IMG/VR virus record: IMGVR_UViG_3300037258_000514
Span: 32,001-96,000 of that record
DNA length: 64,000 bases
Strand: one strand, 5' to 3'
From: a virus
Program-made: the position numbers and the translations under genes
The notes under the pieces: generated by a model
Database searches by the model: none
What the model was told of the DNA's origin: nothing
Seen by the model: the letters and a program-made list of their open reading frames with translations, nothing else
In this document: piece by piece, positions 29,443 to 40,074 of the stretch
Layout of the letters: each line of letters starts with the position of its first letter
Numbering within the stretch: the first letter of the stretch is position 1

Positions 29443-30537
29443 TCATTTTGCCTCTCCATCTACAACGTAAATAAACTCAGGTTCATCACCGCGAAGTACT
29501 AGCGTACTCTTTCCGTCCTTGTTAAGATAATCAAATACAATCGTCTTAACGTGCATTAAAGCAATAAGTAGTAGATCAGCTGATAGCGCAACTTGCTCAT
29601 ACTTAATATCGACAGGCAATCCTTCAGCAATAAAAAATTCTTCCGTTGAACTTGCGATGCCTGAATGCGATAAGATTAGTTTTCCATCTTCTACTTTAAC
29701 TGTGATCGTGAAGGATGTATTACGATCCGATAGGAAGCGCGCTCTTGTAATAAACTTTCTCACAGCATCGCCGTTTATCTTTGTTGTTTGTGTTTGTAAC
29801 TTGTAACCATCTATGAGTTCTTTTAAATCATGTTCTAAAGGAACTGAAATAGGTAAGTGGGCTTTTAGCCAATCGCCTTGAATGAAAATTCCATCTTTAG
29901 TAATGTCAATCGCACAGTTAGGACAAACGGATACAAATGTTGAAATAATTCCCGGAACTGGCGGACGCACAGTTACTTCGTTTCTAAGAAATGTTCCATC
30001 TTGTAATATAGGAAATGTTCCTCTTGGAATCTTCGAACAGGCAAGTGAGATTGAATTTGAGGATAACAAAAATAAATCATCGCCTACAGGTTTAAAAGCA
30101 ATCCCGTACAACCCAACAGAGACAGCATGAGCTTGACACGCTGATGCTGCAAGATCGAGTGCATCGCTAAGGCTTTTGCTAGGGATCCAAGGATATGATT
30201 GATGATCAAGTGCAGGGATTTGATGATCACTAAATACAATATTCCATCGCCCTGTAGCTGCTCCGCATTGCCAGTTAATTCTATTCTCTTTTTCAATAAA
30301 AGTAATTTCACTGTCACTAGGAAGTGAACGGGCTACTGCCAGTACAGCAACAGTATCCAATAACGTTGGTTTTGTTATACCTGTGTCATCACAAAGAATG
30401 GCTGCTGTACCAAACTCACTAGTACAACGAATTTGTTCTTTATCAATCTCAATACTTCGAAATAGAGAAGTGATACTACTTGAGAATGAGATTTTTGATA
30501 GGATATTTGTTATAGCAAGAAGTGCAGAAACTTTCAT
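29443..30537 (-). CDS. beta sliding clamp-like protein
   Basis: 364 aa alpha/beta protein beside Pol and the clamp loader; divergent. Confidence 0.6.
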   Translation of the reverse strand: MKVSALLAITNILSKISFSSSITSLFRSIEIDKEQIRCTSEFGTAAILCDDTGITKPTLLDTVAVLAVARSLPSDSEITFIEKENRINWQCGAATGRWNIVFSDHQIPALDHQSYPWIPSKSLSDALDLAASACQAHAVSVGLYGIAFKPVGDDLFLLSSNSISLACSKIPRGTFPILQDGTFLRNEVTVRPPVPGIISTFVSVCPNCAIDITKDGIFIQGDWLKAHLPISVPLEHDLKELIDGYKLQTQTTKINGDAVRKFITRARFLSDRNTSFTITVKVEDGKLILSHSGIASSTEEFFIAEGLPVDIKYEQVALSADLLLIALMHVKTIVFDYLNKDGKSTLVLRGDEPEFIYVVDGEAK

Positions 30538-30555
30538 CTTTTCCTCTTCTTTACT

Positions 30556-30990
30556 TCAATTTTTTAGATTCGGTTCCTCGCAGAGTAGTTTAGTTCTTTC
30601 CAGCATGATAATTTTACCGAGATGATTTTCGCCCGCTCCGTTAACTGTCCCCCAGTAAGTATCTCCCCACCAATTGCCTTCTTCAAGCTGTTCATTGTCT
30701 GTATCAAGTAGCAGTTGCCGTAGCGGATTTACAGAAAATTTCTGTGCAACAAGTTCTTGCATAATCTTGTTGCGCATTTCATTCCAACCATCACGCAATT
30801 GGACAATTCTACCAAGGTGTTTAGCTTCTGATGCTTTACAGTGAAAAAACTTGGATCGCTCTTCCTTATTTCTACATTTGGCGGCTTGAAAGGCATTTTC
30901 AACGGATGGATATCTATCGCCTTCGTAGTAGATAAAACAACTCCAGAAGTTTGAAAGAAATCTGTATTGTCCAACAAAGTTGTTAATCAT
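30556..30990 (-). CDS. NADAR (YbiA-like) protein
   Basis: 'FLSNFW', 'SVENAFQAAK', 'AKHLGR', 'WGD.YWG...G.GENHLG'. Confidence 0.92.
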   Translation of the reverse strand: MINNFVGQYRFLSNFWSCFIYYEGDRYPSVENAFQAAKCRNKEERSKFFHCKASEAKHLGRIVQLRDGWNEMRNKIMQELVAQKFSVNPLRQLLLDTDNEQLEEGNWWGDTYWGTVNGAGENHLGKIIMLERTKLLCEEPNLKN

Positions 30991-31943
30991 ATAATTACTT
31001 GTCCTCCATTTGTTGGGGGAGGTAGCGTCATTGATTCTTCAACAGGCGTAAGGCGCTGCTTCTCGATAAGCTCAGCAATACACTCTCTGCCTGTTATTGT
31101 TACTTTTGTATAGAAGTTTTCAATCAGCTTTAAGCTAAGTTCGTTGATTACAGTTTTTTGCTCCCGCCCTGATTGAAGTATTTTTAAAGCATGTTCGCAG
31201 ATTTGATTAGTACAATCAGTAAACTCGGAAGTTTTATCCCCGTCAGCATGGAAGTGGGCATGACGTTCTTGAACGAGTGCAGCGAAGGCTGTGCGTAATT
31301 GGGTTTCTTCTTGCCTTTCATACAGTAGGTAAGATACAATTGTTTGTAATCTTGCTAACTGTACTTCCATCGTTGGACCCATAAAATCCCTCTCATTAAT
31401 TTTCGTTATACTTTGATATACCGAAGCATCTAACTACTCGTTTAACGCTAAGCAAATCACGTTAACTAGCAGGTGTTTTAGGATTCTTTCTGTTTTGGCG
31501 GACTAATTACAATGTCGAGTTCGCGCGTGCTCTGCTGAAATCCTACAGGACCTCTTTCACGAGATTCGACAATCCATGCTATCTTTTCCATCTGAGTAAG
31601 TGATGTTGCTGTACGATTAGAATAATCAGAACATTCCGCAACAGCAAATTTCATAATTGCATCTAGAATACCGCATTTAATAACATGCTCTAGATTTGCT
31701 CCTTTTACAACAGTTGCTTGTGAGCAAGTTTCGCAAAGTGACTTCTCAATTCGCGGTGTCCCATTTTTAACTTTAATTACAATCATAGCGTTTTTACTTT
31801 TCTTGTCGGTGTTTTACATCTCATGCAGTGCATATCTTCTTTCCTACACTTGCCCTGTGAGAGAAGATAAAATCTTGCCTTACAAGACCCGCAGTAAATC
31901 TCGAAGATTTTTTCGCCTTTACTGTGCTTAGAAAGAAATTTGC

Positions 31944-33005
31944 TCATATTACTGCTAATTCGGCTTTAAGAATACACTCTTGGATTTTGTCCCAGTAGCG
32001 CTTTAGTTTCGGATGGGTTTCGCAAAAACCTATAGGATCGTAAAGAAAGGGTACAAGTCGCTCATCCCAAAATGCTTTCGGTGCACCTTCAACGTAGAAA
32101 TAACTTACAAGAACGTTTTTTATTCCGAGGGCAGCAATTAGCGGTAGATTAAAATAGTAAGCAGAAGGACTAAGAACAAAGTAAACCTTACATGGTCCAT
32201 CCCGTTCAGTTCCGCCATCAGGAGAACGTTTATTTACTACAAGTGAAACTGGTTTCTTAAATCGTGTTACTGTTCTCGTTTTCTCCTGCAATTTAAGCAA
32301 ATCGCTTGCTACAAGATAACTACGAATCATTGCAGTTTCACTTGGCGTAGCCGCAACATTCATTGCAATTGTTGGATCAAGTCCCAGCGATCGAAACTCC
32401 TCTTCCCAAGACTGACGTTTTGGACCTGTATCGGATGAAGCAATGTAACTTGTATCACGCATCTTTGATGAACGAAATTGAATAGATTTGCCTTGAAGCT
32501 TTATTCGAGCAGCACGTCCAGCTTGGATCATCCACGTTGCTGAGTCAGCAGAGTAGAAAGGATAATTTAGAAGACTGTAAGGACTTGTATCGCCGAATGC
32601 GTGAAAGTTAGCTATAGGTCGTCCTTTACTATCTGTGCAGTAATGCCAACAAATATCGTAGAAATATCTACCTTCAACAGGTGATACAAGTGACGTTGCA
32701 GACAGTCCCACATAAGGGACAGCATCTAACATCTTTTCTAGCCAACTTAGTTTTTCTCTAGCATGGAATACAGGCATAGTAACTACACCTGCATCTCTCA
32801 TTTTAAGAAAATTTGTCCAGCCTGCTGCTGCTGCTACATCCGGTCCCTCAGGATTGATAACGTCAAGATTAACGCTATGTGTGATATACTTCTCGTTTTT
32901 TAGCAAGAAAGCAATATAAGCGTCTAGATCCACAGCTTTACCTTGTGTCCATGCGCTATAAGCGCCGCTATCAACTACGAGTTCGATTGCGAGTTTTTCA
33001 GGCAT
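31944..33005 (-). CDS. dpdA: DpdA-type DNA 7-deazaguanine transglycosylase
   Basis: 'VDSGAYSAW..G', 'LDVI', 'PVFH', 'HAFG', 'PFYSADSATW'; que genes nearby. Confidence 0.85.
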   Translation of the reverse strand: MPEKLAIELVVDSGAYSAWTQGKAVDLDAYIAFLLKNEKYITHSVNLDVINPEGPDVAAAAGWTNFLKMRDAGVVTMPVFHAREKLSWLEKMLDAVPYVGLSATSLVSPVEGRYFYDICWHYCTDSKGRPIANFHAFGDTSPYSLLNYPFYSADSATWMIQAGRAARIKLQGKSIQFRSSKMRDTSYIASSDTGPKRQSWEEEFRSLGLDPTIAMNVAATPSETAMIRSYLVASDLLKLQEKTRTVTRFKKPVSLVVNKRSPDGGTERDGPCKVYFVLSPSAYYFNLPLIAALGIKNVLVSYFYVEGAPKAFWDERLVPFLYDPIGFCETHPKLKRYWDKIQECILKAELAVI

Positions 33006-33030
33006 GATGGGCAGAGTTTTTCCTTGCTTC

Positions 33031-33648
33031 CTACATCTCTACTAAACTGTCTTGGGCAACGCGCACAAGAAACGATCTGAACAACATTGCTGCAAGATTT
33101 GTTTGTGTAATGGGGCCAGTAAAATCAAGCCATGCAACATCGTAAAACGGACACAAAGAATTGTTAATGTATTTTTCAACAGATGTAGCAATGAATTTAT
33201 TGATTAAAGCAGTACTTACTGATCTGTTGTCGATGATTTTGATACCCTGCGCATCAGTAGGGATTCTGTCAAAAGCTCCTCTAAAAATTGCTTCATCCCT
33301 TTCGACGCAGTCAATAATAGTATCCGCTTTATCGGGAAGTTTCCCTTTAAACGATGAGCTATCGAGTAATCCTCTTTCCTGGAGAATAGTCTTTTCAAAG
33401 TACCATCCCATCCCCGGCATTGTTAACATACGAAGTTCTCCGGGCCATTTGCGCGATGTATATAAATTACTTAATCTCTTTCTACAAGATTCTTTTCTGG
33501 GTCGATGTTTACCAATCGTCTTTCTGGCATAGGCAATCCCAGGACCTTTACGTTTCTTCATAAAAACATCTGCAGCTATTTCTTCGATTGAAGCTGATGC
33601 TGGAGTATGATAAGTGTACCCGCGATTGGTTTTAATAATGAGTGTCAT
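33031..33648 (-). CDS. putative SAM-dependent methyltransferase-like protein (possibly C-terminally truncated)
   Basis: 'LRMLTMPG', 'IDCVERD', 'YDVAWLDFTG' resemble class I MTase motifs I, II and IV. Confidence 0.45.
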   Translation of the reverse strand: MTLIIKTNRGYTYHTPASASIEEIAADVFMKKRKGPGIAYARKTIGKHRPRKESCRKRLSNLYTSRKWPGELRMLTMPGMGWYFEKTILQERGLLDSSSFKGKLPDKADTIIDCVERDEAIFRGAFDRIPTDAQGIKIIDNRSVSTALINKFIATSVEKYINNSLCPFYDVAWLDFTGPITQTNLAAMLFRSFLVRVAQDSLVEM

Positions 33649-34115
33649 GTCAGTTTAGTAAAAGAAGTGTAATTGTTACTAAGATAAAGATTGCAGTGAC
33701 ATCAAGGAAATAATTAGAACTTCGTTTTATTTCGCCTCGCTCTACAAGTACCAATCCAATAAGGAGAGAAAGACAGTATAACCCAAACGTGCAAGAAGTT
33801 GAATAGATTATACTGTCTGTTGTCATTTGTATGTTACTCCAAATACTGACACAATTGAAGCAATTGACCCTGAATGATCGACGATTGGCAGAATAACTTG
33901 CATTGCTTTTACGAACTTGTTATGCTGCTTGGGAGGGTTTGGAATTGTTACGTATTTTAACTTCTCCAGAATCTGCTTGTTCTGTTCAATAATTATCTGA
34001 TTTTGTGAGATGATAACAGCACTCATTTGCTGTTGAGTTAATTCCGGTTGTGCTGATTGTATCTGTTGTTGTCCGGGAAAGCTTAAACATAACAGCAATG
34101 CTACAGTAGCTAAAG

Positions 34116-34643
34116 TCATTTGTAATACTCGCCGGCTGCGTTTAGCTTAAAGGGACTCACAATTACTCGAGGTTCAACATACACAGGCTTGAGATCCGTT
34201 TTTGTTCCGCAGATTACCCATGTTCCTTCTGCTGTTGAAGGCATAAATAAAGCATTCGGTTCCGGCTGATCTTGCATTGATGAACTACTAAAGTTAGGAT
34301 GTAAGGGTCTGTGTGGATTTGTAAATTGAACTCCGTAGGGAAGACCGTAGCCAATAGAATCACATAGATGCCAAAGTCTACCATTTAGATCAGGAATATA
34401 TGTAAATGTTGCAATCTCCTGATCCCGGAGTTCGTAAAGTTTTCTTACAATCTTTCTCTCTGTAAAGTTTGTAATACCAGGCATACCAACTTGACGCTGC
34501 GCCTCGTTTGCTAAGGTTTCTTGCATATCATCTTGTTTTTTATCAGCATTAGTTCTTGTATCGCCGGAGCAATCGTCATCTGCCATAAATACAAGAGCGA
34601 TGAAGATTGTTGCCAATACAAGCGTAACTTTTCTAACGTTCAT
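34116..34643 (-). CDS. conserved phage membrane/lipoprotein
   Basis: Signal-like N-terminus; 'SIGYGLPY..QFTNP', 'EPNALF...AEGTW'. Confidence 0.6.
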   Translation of the reverse strand: MNVRKVTLVLATIFIALVFMADDDCSGDTRTNADKKQDDMQETLANEAQRQVGMPGITNFTERKIVRKLYELRDQEIATFTYIPDLNGRLWHLCDSIGYGLPYGVQFTNPHRPLHPNFSSSSMQDQPEPNALFMPSTAEGTWVICGTKTDLKPVYVEPRVIVSPFKLNAAGEYYK

Positions 34644-35020
34644 AGTTGTGATCCTTTTAGGGACTGAACAAACATCTGAAGATCGGGAGGAAACTTTGAG
34701 TTATCGACAGTTGAAGCTTCGTCGATAATTAACTGTTTTAAAGCAGTTTTCTGTGGACCTTCTTCGGCAGTAGTGTATTGTGCTCTGAGTCGTGAAATGT
34801 ATGTAATCTTACCTTCTACGTAGCTTTGCGTGTTTTCAAAAACTTGACGCTTTGCATTCTCTTGCTTTGGCGCCCAGAACTTGTAAATAGCTAAGTCGCC
34901 TCCTGTCATCAGGAACCCGAGAACGTACATCAAAAACAAAAACGCAACTACAGCCAAGAAAATCTTTGGCATACTCCACCACGTGTTTCGTTGGACTTCA
35001 TTAAAGTTATCACGATACAT
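34640..35020 (-). CDS. membrane protein
   Basis: TM helix; 'RQVFENTQSYVEG'. Confidence 0.6.
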   Translation of the reverse strand: MYRDNFNEVQRNTWWSMPKIFLAVVAFLFLMYVLGFLMTGGDLAIYKFWAPKQENAKRQVFENTQSYVEGKITYISRLRAQYTTAEEGPQKTALKQLIIDEASTVDNSKFPPDLQMFVQSLKGSQL

Positions 35021-35055
35021 CGTTATGCTCCTTTTACTTGTTTCAGAATTTTTGG

Positions 35056-35562
35056 TTAGGCGTTTCCAGGACTTTTCTTTGCAGCGTCGCGAAGTTTTTG
35101 AACTATAGTTTTCTTCTTTACACTTTTTGTTACTGATACATCAAGGGGAGGCCAGCCTTCTGGATTACTAGGAACATACATCTCCTGAGCAATAATACAA
35201 CTTTCCTTATCTTGCTTTCCAATATATGTTACGTTCCTGTAGTAAACACGTCTAATGTCAGCTAACTTTCTGACTTGTTCGTAATCATCGTAGACATGAA
35301 AACCTGTCATATATTTTGTTCCATCAGATGCTGATATTTCTATTTCTTCTGCTTTAAGCCAAACATTAAAAGAAACCCCGCTCGATCCTGTTAGAGAGGA
35401 GCTTCTAAATTTTAAGTTGGTTTCACTACCATAAAACAGTTTCCATCCATCCATAACCAGAGTTGTCGGAGTCACTTTTCTTGCAGTTGCGAGACACATT
35501 ACTTTCTCCTTAGAAAGGCCACCTGTTAGCTTTGAGTAAGAAGTTTGCTTCATCTGTTTCAA
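35056..35562 (-). CDS. hypothetical protein
   Basis: Long ORF in operon context. Confidence 0.55.
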   Translation of the reverse strand: MKQMKQTSYSKLTGGLSKEKVMCLATARKVTPTTLVMDGWKLFYGSETNLKFRSSSLTGSSGVSFNVWLKAEEIEISASDGTKYMTGFHVYDDYEQVRKLADIRRVYYRNVTYIGKQDKESCIIAQEMYVPSNPEGWPPLDVSVTKSVKKKTIVQKLRDAAKKSPGNA

Positions 35563-36121
35563 GCATTAACTTCTGTGCAAGCATGTTGTCAGCTTCAGGA
35601 ACGGCAATAGTTGGGTGGATACAGTAGTAGCATTCTGTCTTTCCGTCTTTTGCTATTTTCTCAATATTTTTGCTCCAGCCTTTCTTAATACGATAATTTG
35701 CTGTGTCTGTATTAATCTCAATGTACCCAACCTTTAAATATTGTTCACGTTGAGCATCAGATAGACACATTAGAAGAAGTTCTTCCGCTTTTACTTCAGC
35801 AGCAGCAGCACGTTTTGTAGCAAGCGCGGCTTCCTGTACTTCACGTACAGCTTTTTCCTCAGGCGTCTCGTTTGCAGCGGCTGTAACAACGTATGCCCAC
35901 GATCCATTAATCGTATTTGGATTGTAATTGTAGTAAATGTTTGCAGCTGTTGTACTTGATCCGTAAATATCAGTATCTACACCCCAGTTTGAGATTGGAT
36001 TCATGTACATAGGAGTTACACTACTTGGATACGTAATCTGCGTTGTAGTAGCTGCATTTGAATATGCGTACGATTGATTTCCATATTGGTAGTACTGATC
36101 TCCGCAGGGCATAGAGGGCAT
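35510..36121 (-). CDS. conserved phage protein with YCIHP motif
   Basis: 'AEELL...LS..QREQY', 'YCIHP', 'D.MLAQKL.LETDE..FL..AN'. Confidence 0.65.
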   Translation of the reverse strand: MPSMPCGDQYYQYGNQSYAYSNAATTTQITYPSSVTPMYMNPISNWGVDTDIYGSSTTAANIYYNYNPNTINGSWAYVVTAAANETPEEKAVREVQEAALATKRAAAAEVKAEELLLMCLSDAQREQYLKVGYIEINTDTANYRIKKGWSKNIEKIAKDGKTECYYCIHPTIAVPEADNMLAQKLMLETDEANFLLKANRWPF

Positions 36122-36122
36122 A

Positions 36123-36377
36123 CTAACCTCCTACCATTTGAGGTTGCATGATGATTCGCTCTGCTGAAGCATCAAACTTATCAATTACAGATCCGCGTTG
36201 ACCTTTGCCGTCTGTTTTATAGGCTAGATAACCCCTTGCTTTAAACTCAGCAAAGACTTTTGCTGCTTCTGTAACTTCAGTATCGTCGTTTGAATTCCAC
36301 ATAATTCGCTTGTCACCTTCTTCGTTCAGGCAGCAAAGCATTCCACCACTTTTACTTACTTCAAGTGTGCTCTCCAT
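36123..36377 (-). CDS. small protein ending in -VGG
   Basis: 84 aa; 'GD.RI.W', 'FD..AERII..P.MVGG'. Confidence 0.7.
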   Translation of the reverse strand: MESTLEVSKSGGMLCCLNEEGDKRIMWNSNDDTEVTEAAKVFAEFKARGYLAYKTDGKGQRGSVIDKFDASAERIIMQPQMVGG

Positions 36378-36792
36378 TACTTTATCTCCTCGCGAATGAT
36401 TTCTACTTCGAGTTTAAATACGTCAGCGTTTGCTTCAAATTCATTCGGAACAGGCGCGTCTGTCCTAACAAAAACTTTTTCACCTATGCTTGAAGTTGTT
36501 GATACACGATCCCAATACTCCTGTCCAGCAGTTGTAAAGAGTTCGCCCGGTTTAAGATCTTTACCTTTACACGTTGTAACTTTATACTTGAGCATCTAAA
36601 CCTTGTTTAAATCCTTGTTGGAAGGCATCGTTTAGTTGCTCTGCCAGTTCTTCTGCAGCGACTAATCCTTCTTCCCCTTCGTATAAAACACTTAATGCTA
36701 TTCCATTAAGCCCCACGATTGCCCAAGTTTGTCCTTCACTACACTTTGAACATGCAGGACGTTCTTCTTCAACATGATAAGGATCTTCCATT

Positions 36793-37425
36793 CTATCTCC
36801 CGACAAGTCGTAAAAATTCGTCTCTAACTTCAGGCTTTGTTAACATCTCACCGCGCAGTGCAGATGTGGTAGCTTCCGTTTCTGATTGATTAACACCGCG
36901 ACTCATCATGCAAGAATGGCGCGCTTTTACCACTACGCCAATACCAATAGGGTGACAGTACTCTTGAATAAAATCGGCAATGTTATTCGTTAAGCGTTCT
37001 TGAACTTGAAGTTTTTTACTAAACATATTTACAACACGAACAAGTTTAGAAAGACCCAAGATTTTGCGTTCAGGAATGTAAGCAATACTTACATTTCCCG
37101 AGAACTCGGCAAGGTGATGTTCGCAATGACTAGTAAACCTAATCTTTTGTACCGCAATCATCTGGTTATAGTTCTCAGCACCGTCATCAAACTGTCCATT
37201 GATAATGGATTGCATTTGCTCAGCTACGTATGTTGTACTGTATCCAGCCCCCCATTCTTTGCGCCAAGCGTTTAAAACACGCTCAGGTGTTTTTATCAAC
37301 CCCGGACGATCAGGATCATCACCAATGTAGCGAATAAGCGTGCGAATTGCCGCGATAACTTCCTGATGACTAGGCGGAGGGGCCGGCCACGATTGGTTCT
37401 CCGGTTTTTTCATACCAGAATCCAA
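36793..37425 (-). CDS. folE: GTP cyclohydrolase I
   Basis: 'TPERV', 'SHCEHH', 'GLSKL.R', 'QVQERLT', 'HSCMMSRG'. Confidence 0.95.
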   Translation of the reverse strand: MDSGMKKPENQSWPAPPPSHQEVIAAIRTLIRYIGDDPDRPGLIKTPERVLNAWRKEWGAGYSTTYVAEQMQSIINGQFDDGAENYNQMIAVQKIRFTSHCEHHLAEFSGNVSIAYIPERKILGLSKLVRVVNMFSKKLQVQERLTNNIADFIQEYCHPIGIGVVVKARHSCMMSRGVNQSETEATTSALRGEMLTKPEVRDEFLRLVGR

Positions 37426-38026
37426 GCTCCTTTACTACGGCAATAGTACGCCTGATATCACCAGCATTAACAGCAACAATATCTAGCTTTGTATCGGGAA
37501 AACCATTCTCAACCAAACTTTGATGAATTTGTTTTGTAGTCCAATCGGGGTGAAGAATAACAGCTTTCCTGATTGCATTGAGAATACCACTGTTCTTACT
37601 TCTTTTTTCTGCCGTACCTTTTAACTCGCCTATCTGTTCTACTTTTTTAACCGGCGGAAGTGCCGTGTCTGTTTTAGTTTTTGGTGTGTTTGCTTGGTTT
37701 GGTTTCGATGATTGAATTCTGCCTGACGCGCTCGAATTAACTGTAAGGCCAGCAGTAGCCACATCAGCAGCATCACTAGGTGCATTTCCATGTATACTCA
37801 CAAAGCCTTCAGGTAAAGGCAGTAGTTGTGATCCGTTAATTGAACGAACACATAGATTATACCAATCACTAGCGGCTGTAGAAAGAGCTTTCCATTGCTC
37901 AAGTGGGCACTTAGATATACACGTAGCCAGTGATAGAATATAAGCTTGATCTCCCTGAAATGGCGTTTGATCTGTACCACCATTTCCATTCTTAGTAGTA
38001 GCTAAAATTTCTTCGAATACTGTCAT
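37370..38026 (-). CDS. hypothetical protein between queC and folE
   Basis: ATGA-coupled to queC. Confidence 0.6.
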   Translation of the reverse strand: MTVFEEILATTKNGNGGTDQTPFQGDQAYILSLATCISKCPLEQWKALSTAASDWYNLCVRSINGSQLLPLPEGFVSIHGNAPSDAADVATAGLTVNSSASGRIQSSKPNQANTPKTKTDTALPPVKKVEQIGELKGTAEKRSKNSGILNAIRKAVILHPDWTTKQIHQSLVENGFPDTKLDIVAVNAGDIRRTIAVVKELGFWYEKTGEPIVAGPSA

Positions 38027-38736
38027 TTTGTTACCGTTTCCCCTTTCTTATAAAGCTTTCTTGAATCGTAGGAAAGAGGATCAGCTGCGTTGTTTTGATT
38101 AAAGGCCCACAATCGTTCTTGACATGAGCCACACACACCACAAGCTATATCTCCTCCTTTGTAACAAGTCCATGTTTTTTCGTAAGGAACATTCATCTTC
38201 AAGCCACGTTTAAGAATTTCAGCCTTGTCGATGTTAATAAAAGGGGCAACCACAGCGTGAGGCAACTCTCCGTGAGTTCCAAATCTAAAAGCATCGGATA
38301 GCGCTTCAACGAACTCTATTCTACAATCTTCATAGATAAAGTGATCGCCTGCGTGCGCTCCATAGTAAACAAAGTCAGCTTGATCTGCAATTGCTGCTGC
38401 CCATGCAATTGAAAGCATCATTGCATTGCGATTAGGTACAACGGTTAATCGCATGTTTTCCTCTGCATAGAAACCTTCAGGCATTGCAACGTTATCTGTA
38501 TCTGTTAATGATGAACCCTTTAATAGGGGAGCAACACTCTTTAAATCAATTACATCATGTTGTCCTCCAACAAGGCGCGCAATCTCAGCAGCACAAATAA
38601 GTTCACGAACGTGTTTTTGTCCGTAGTTAAAACTTATAAAGTGTTGCGTAACTCCTTCCTTATAGTCAGAGGATTGGATTGCATAAGCAAGAGTCGCTGA
38701 GTCCATGCCACCGCTTAAAATTGTCACTGCGCGCAA
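38023..38736 (-). CDS. queC: 7-cyano-7-deazaguanine synthase QueC
   Basis: 'SGGMDS', 'YGQKH', 'VPNRN', 'Y.DCR', 'TWTCY...CG.CGSC'. Confidence 0.95.
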   Translation of the reverse strand: MRAVTILSGGMDSATLAYAIQSSDYKEGVTQHFISFNYGQKHVRELICAAEIARLVGGQHDVIDLKSVAPLLKGSSLTDTDNVAMPEGFYAEENMRLTVVPNRNAMMLSIAWAAAIADQADFVYYGAHAGDHFIYEDCRIEFVEALSDAFRFGTHGELPHAVVAPFINIDKAEILKRGLKMNVPYEKTWTCYKGGDIACGVCGSCQERLWAFNQNNAADPLSYDSRKLYKKGETVTK

Positions 38737-38779
38737 TGTACACGCTCCTTTAGAGCTTTTCTTTCAGCCCATATTCTTA

Positions 38780-39367
38780 TCATATTTTCAGACCTCTTCT
38801 TTCGCCACTCGAATAAAATTTTATTTGTTCTACGGGGATCTTGCGAAGTTCTTCGACAAGAGAATCCAAACTAACTGGTTTGTAATTTGTGTTTTCAACT
38901 CCTACGTATTTTGATCTTCCAAAACCTTGATACTTGTTGTGGACATGTCCGAAAAGATGGATGCTCCCCTTGGTAGCATCGTACCATGTTCTCAGTTGAT
39001 AGTGCATCAGCACAACAAGATGTTTGTTGTAGATAATTTCACGATACATTGCTGTTGATGCGAAAGGAAGACTTGCGACTCTTTCTTTTAACCCTCCACC
39101 AGCTTTTACATCGTGATTACCAGGAATGAAATGAATCGTTCCGTTTAGTCTATCAAAAATACTTCTGATGTACTCCGGCGTAGCTTTATCTCCGCAGGAA
39201 AAATCGCCTAAGTGGTAAACTATATCTTCTTTCTTAACAGTTTCGTTCCAATTCTTTACAATTAGCTCATCAACTTCTTCAGAAGTTTTCAAAGCATAAC
39301 AATCTCGAAAACCTCTGTCGATCAATGTCTGATGAGCAAAATGCGTGTCGCTAGTTATGTATATCAT
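38780..39367 (-). CDS. calcineurin-like metallophosphoesterase
   Basis: 'SDTHF.H', 'HLGDF', 'GNHD', 'HLFGHVH'. Confidence 0.9.
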   Translation of the reverse strand: MIYITSDTHFAHQTLIDRGFRDCYALKTSEEVDELIVKNWNETVKKEDIVYHLGDFSCGDKATPEYIRSIFDRLNGTIHFIPGNHDVKAGGGLKERVASLPFASTAMYREIIYNKHLVVLMHYQLRTWYDATKGSIHLFGHVHNKYQGFGRSKYVGVENTNYKPVSLDSLVEELRKIPVEQIKFYSSGERRGLKI

Positions 39368-39714
39368 TCTAAATCTTTCTTCATAAACTCATCTAAAGTT
39401 GCATTCTCTTCATCTGATAATCCTGCACTTCTTGCGTGGCCCATCGCATTTCTATAGAAGGCTTTTATTAGAAGTTGTAACAGCTCTTCTATGTTTCTTA
39501 CGCGAATGAGAATCTCTGACTCTTGATCAAGCATAAGATTGGTTGGCACGGTAGGAATCGAACCTACATCATCCCACTAGAAGTATTGGTGGGCGCGCTT
39601 GCCATCCAAGCAAGATCTCCTCCGGAAAGAGCAGAGGCCTCTGGTTGAGTTACGCGTCCTCTATTTTGTGCACGTGTGTCATTATATTATACCGGTAATT
39701 TTATCTTACCAGTC

Positions 39715-40074
39715 TCATCGAATCGGCATAAGAGTCTTTGCAGGTGGAAGTGGAATAGAAATATGTTTCGGTCTCCACATGTGCAAACAAAATTGATGAA
39801 AGTTTATCCACTGAGACTTTGGAGGATGAAGTTGCATAACAGTTTCCTCTTCACTCCAAAACAATCCTTTAACGTAACACATCTCTTCCCAGTTAGGACA
39901 ACGATTCTGTAGTGAAACTGAAACGTGCTCCCAATCAATTTCATCATCACCATTACTAGCTATGATTCTAAGATCACGTCCACACGGTCCCGGAATAAGA
40001 AACATTCCAAAATCATCGCCACGATGCGAACTCATCGGACCGTTTATAATACGAAATTGCTCAGGAAATTTCAT
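39715..40074 (-). CDS. conserved phage protein
   Basis: 'WEHVSVS...RCP.WEEMC.VK..FW', 'CLH.WR'. Confidence 0.7.
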   Translation of the reverse strand: MKFPEQFRIINGPMSSHRGDDFGMFLIPGPCGRDLRIIASNGDDEIDWEHVSVSLQNRCPNWEEMCYVKGLFWSEEETVMQLHPPKSQWINFHQFCLHMWRPKHISIPLPPAKTLMPIR

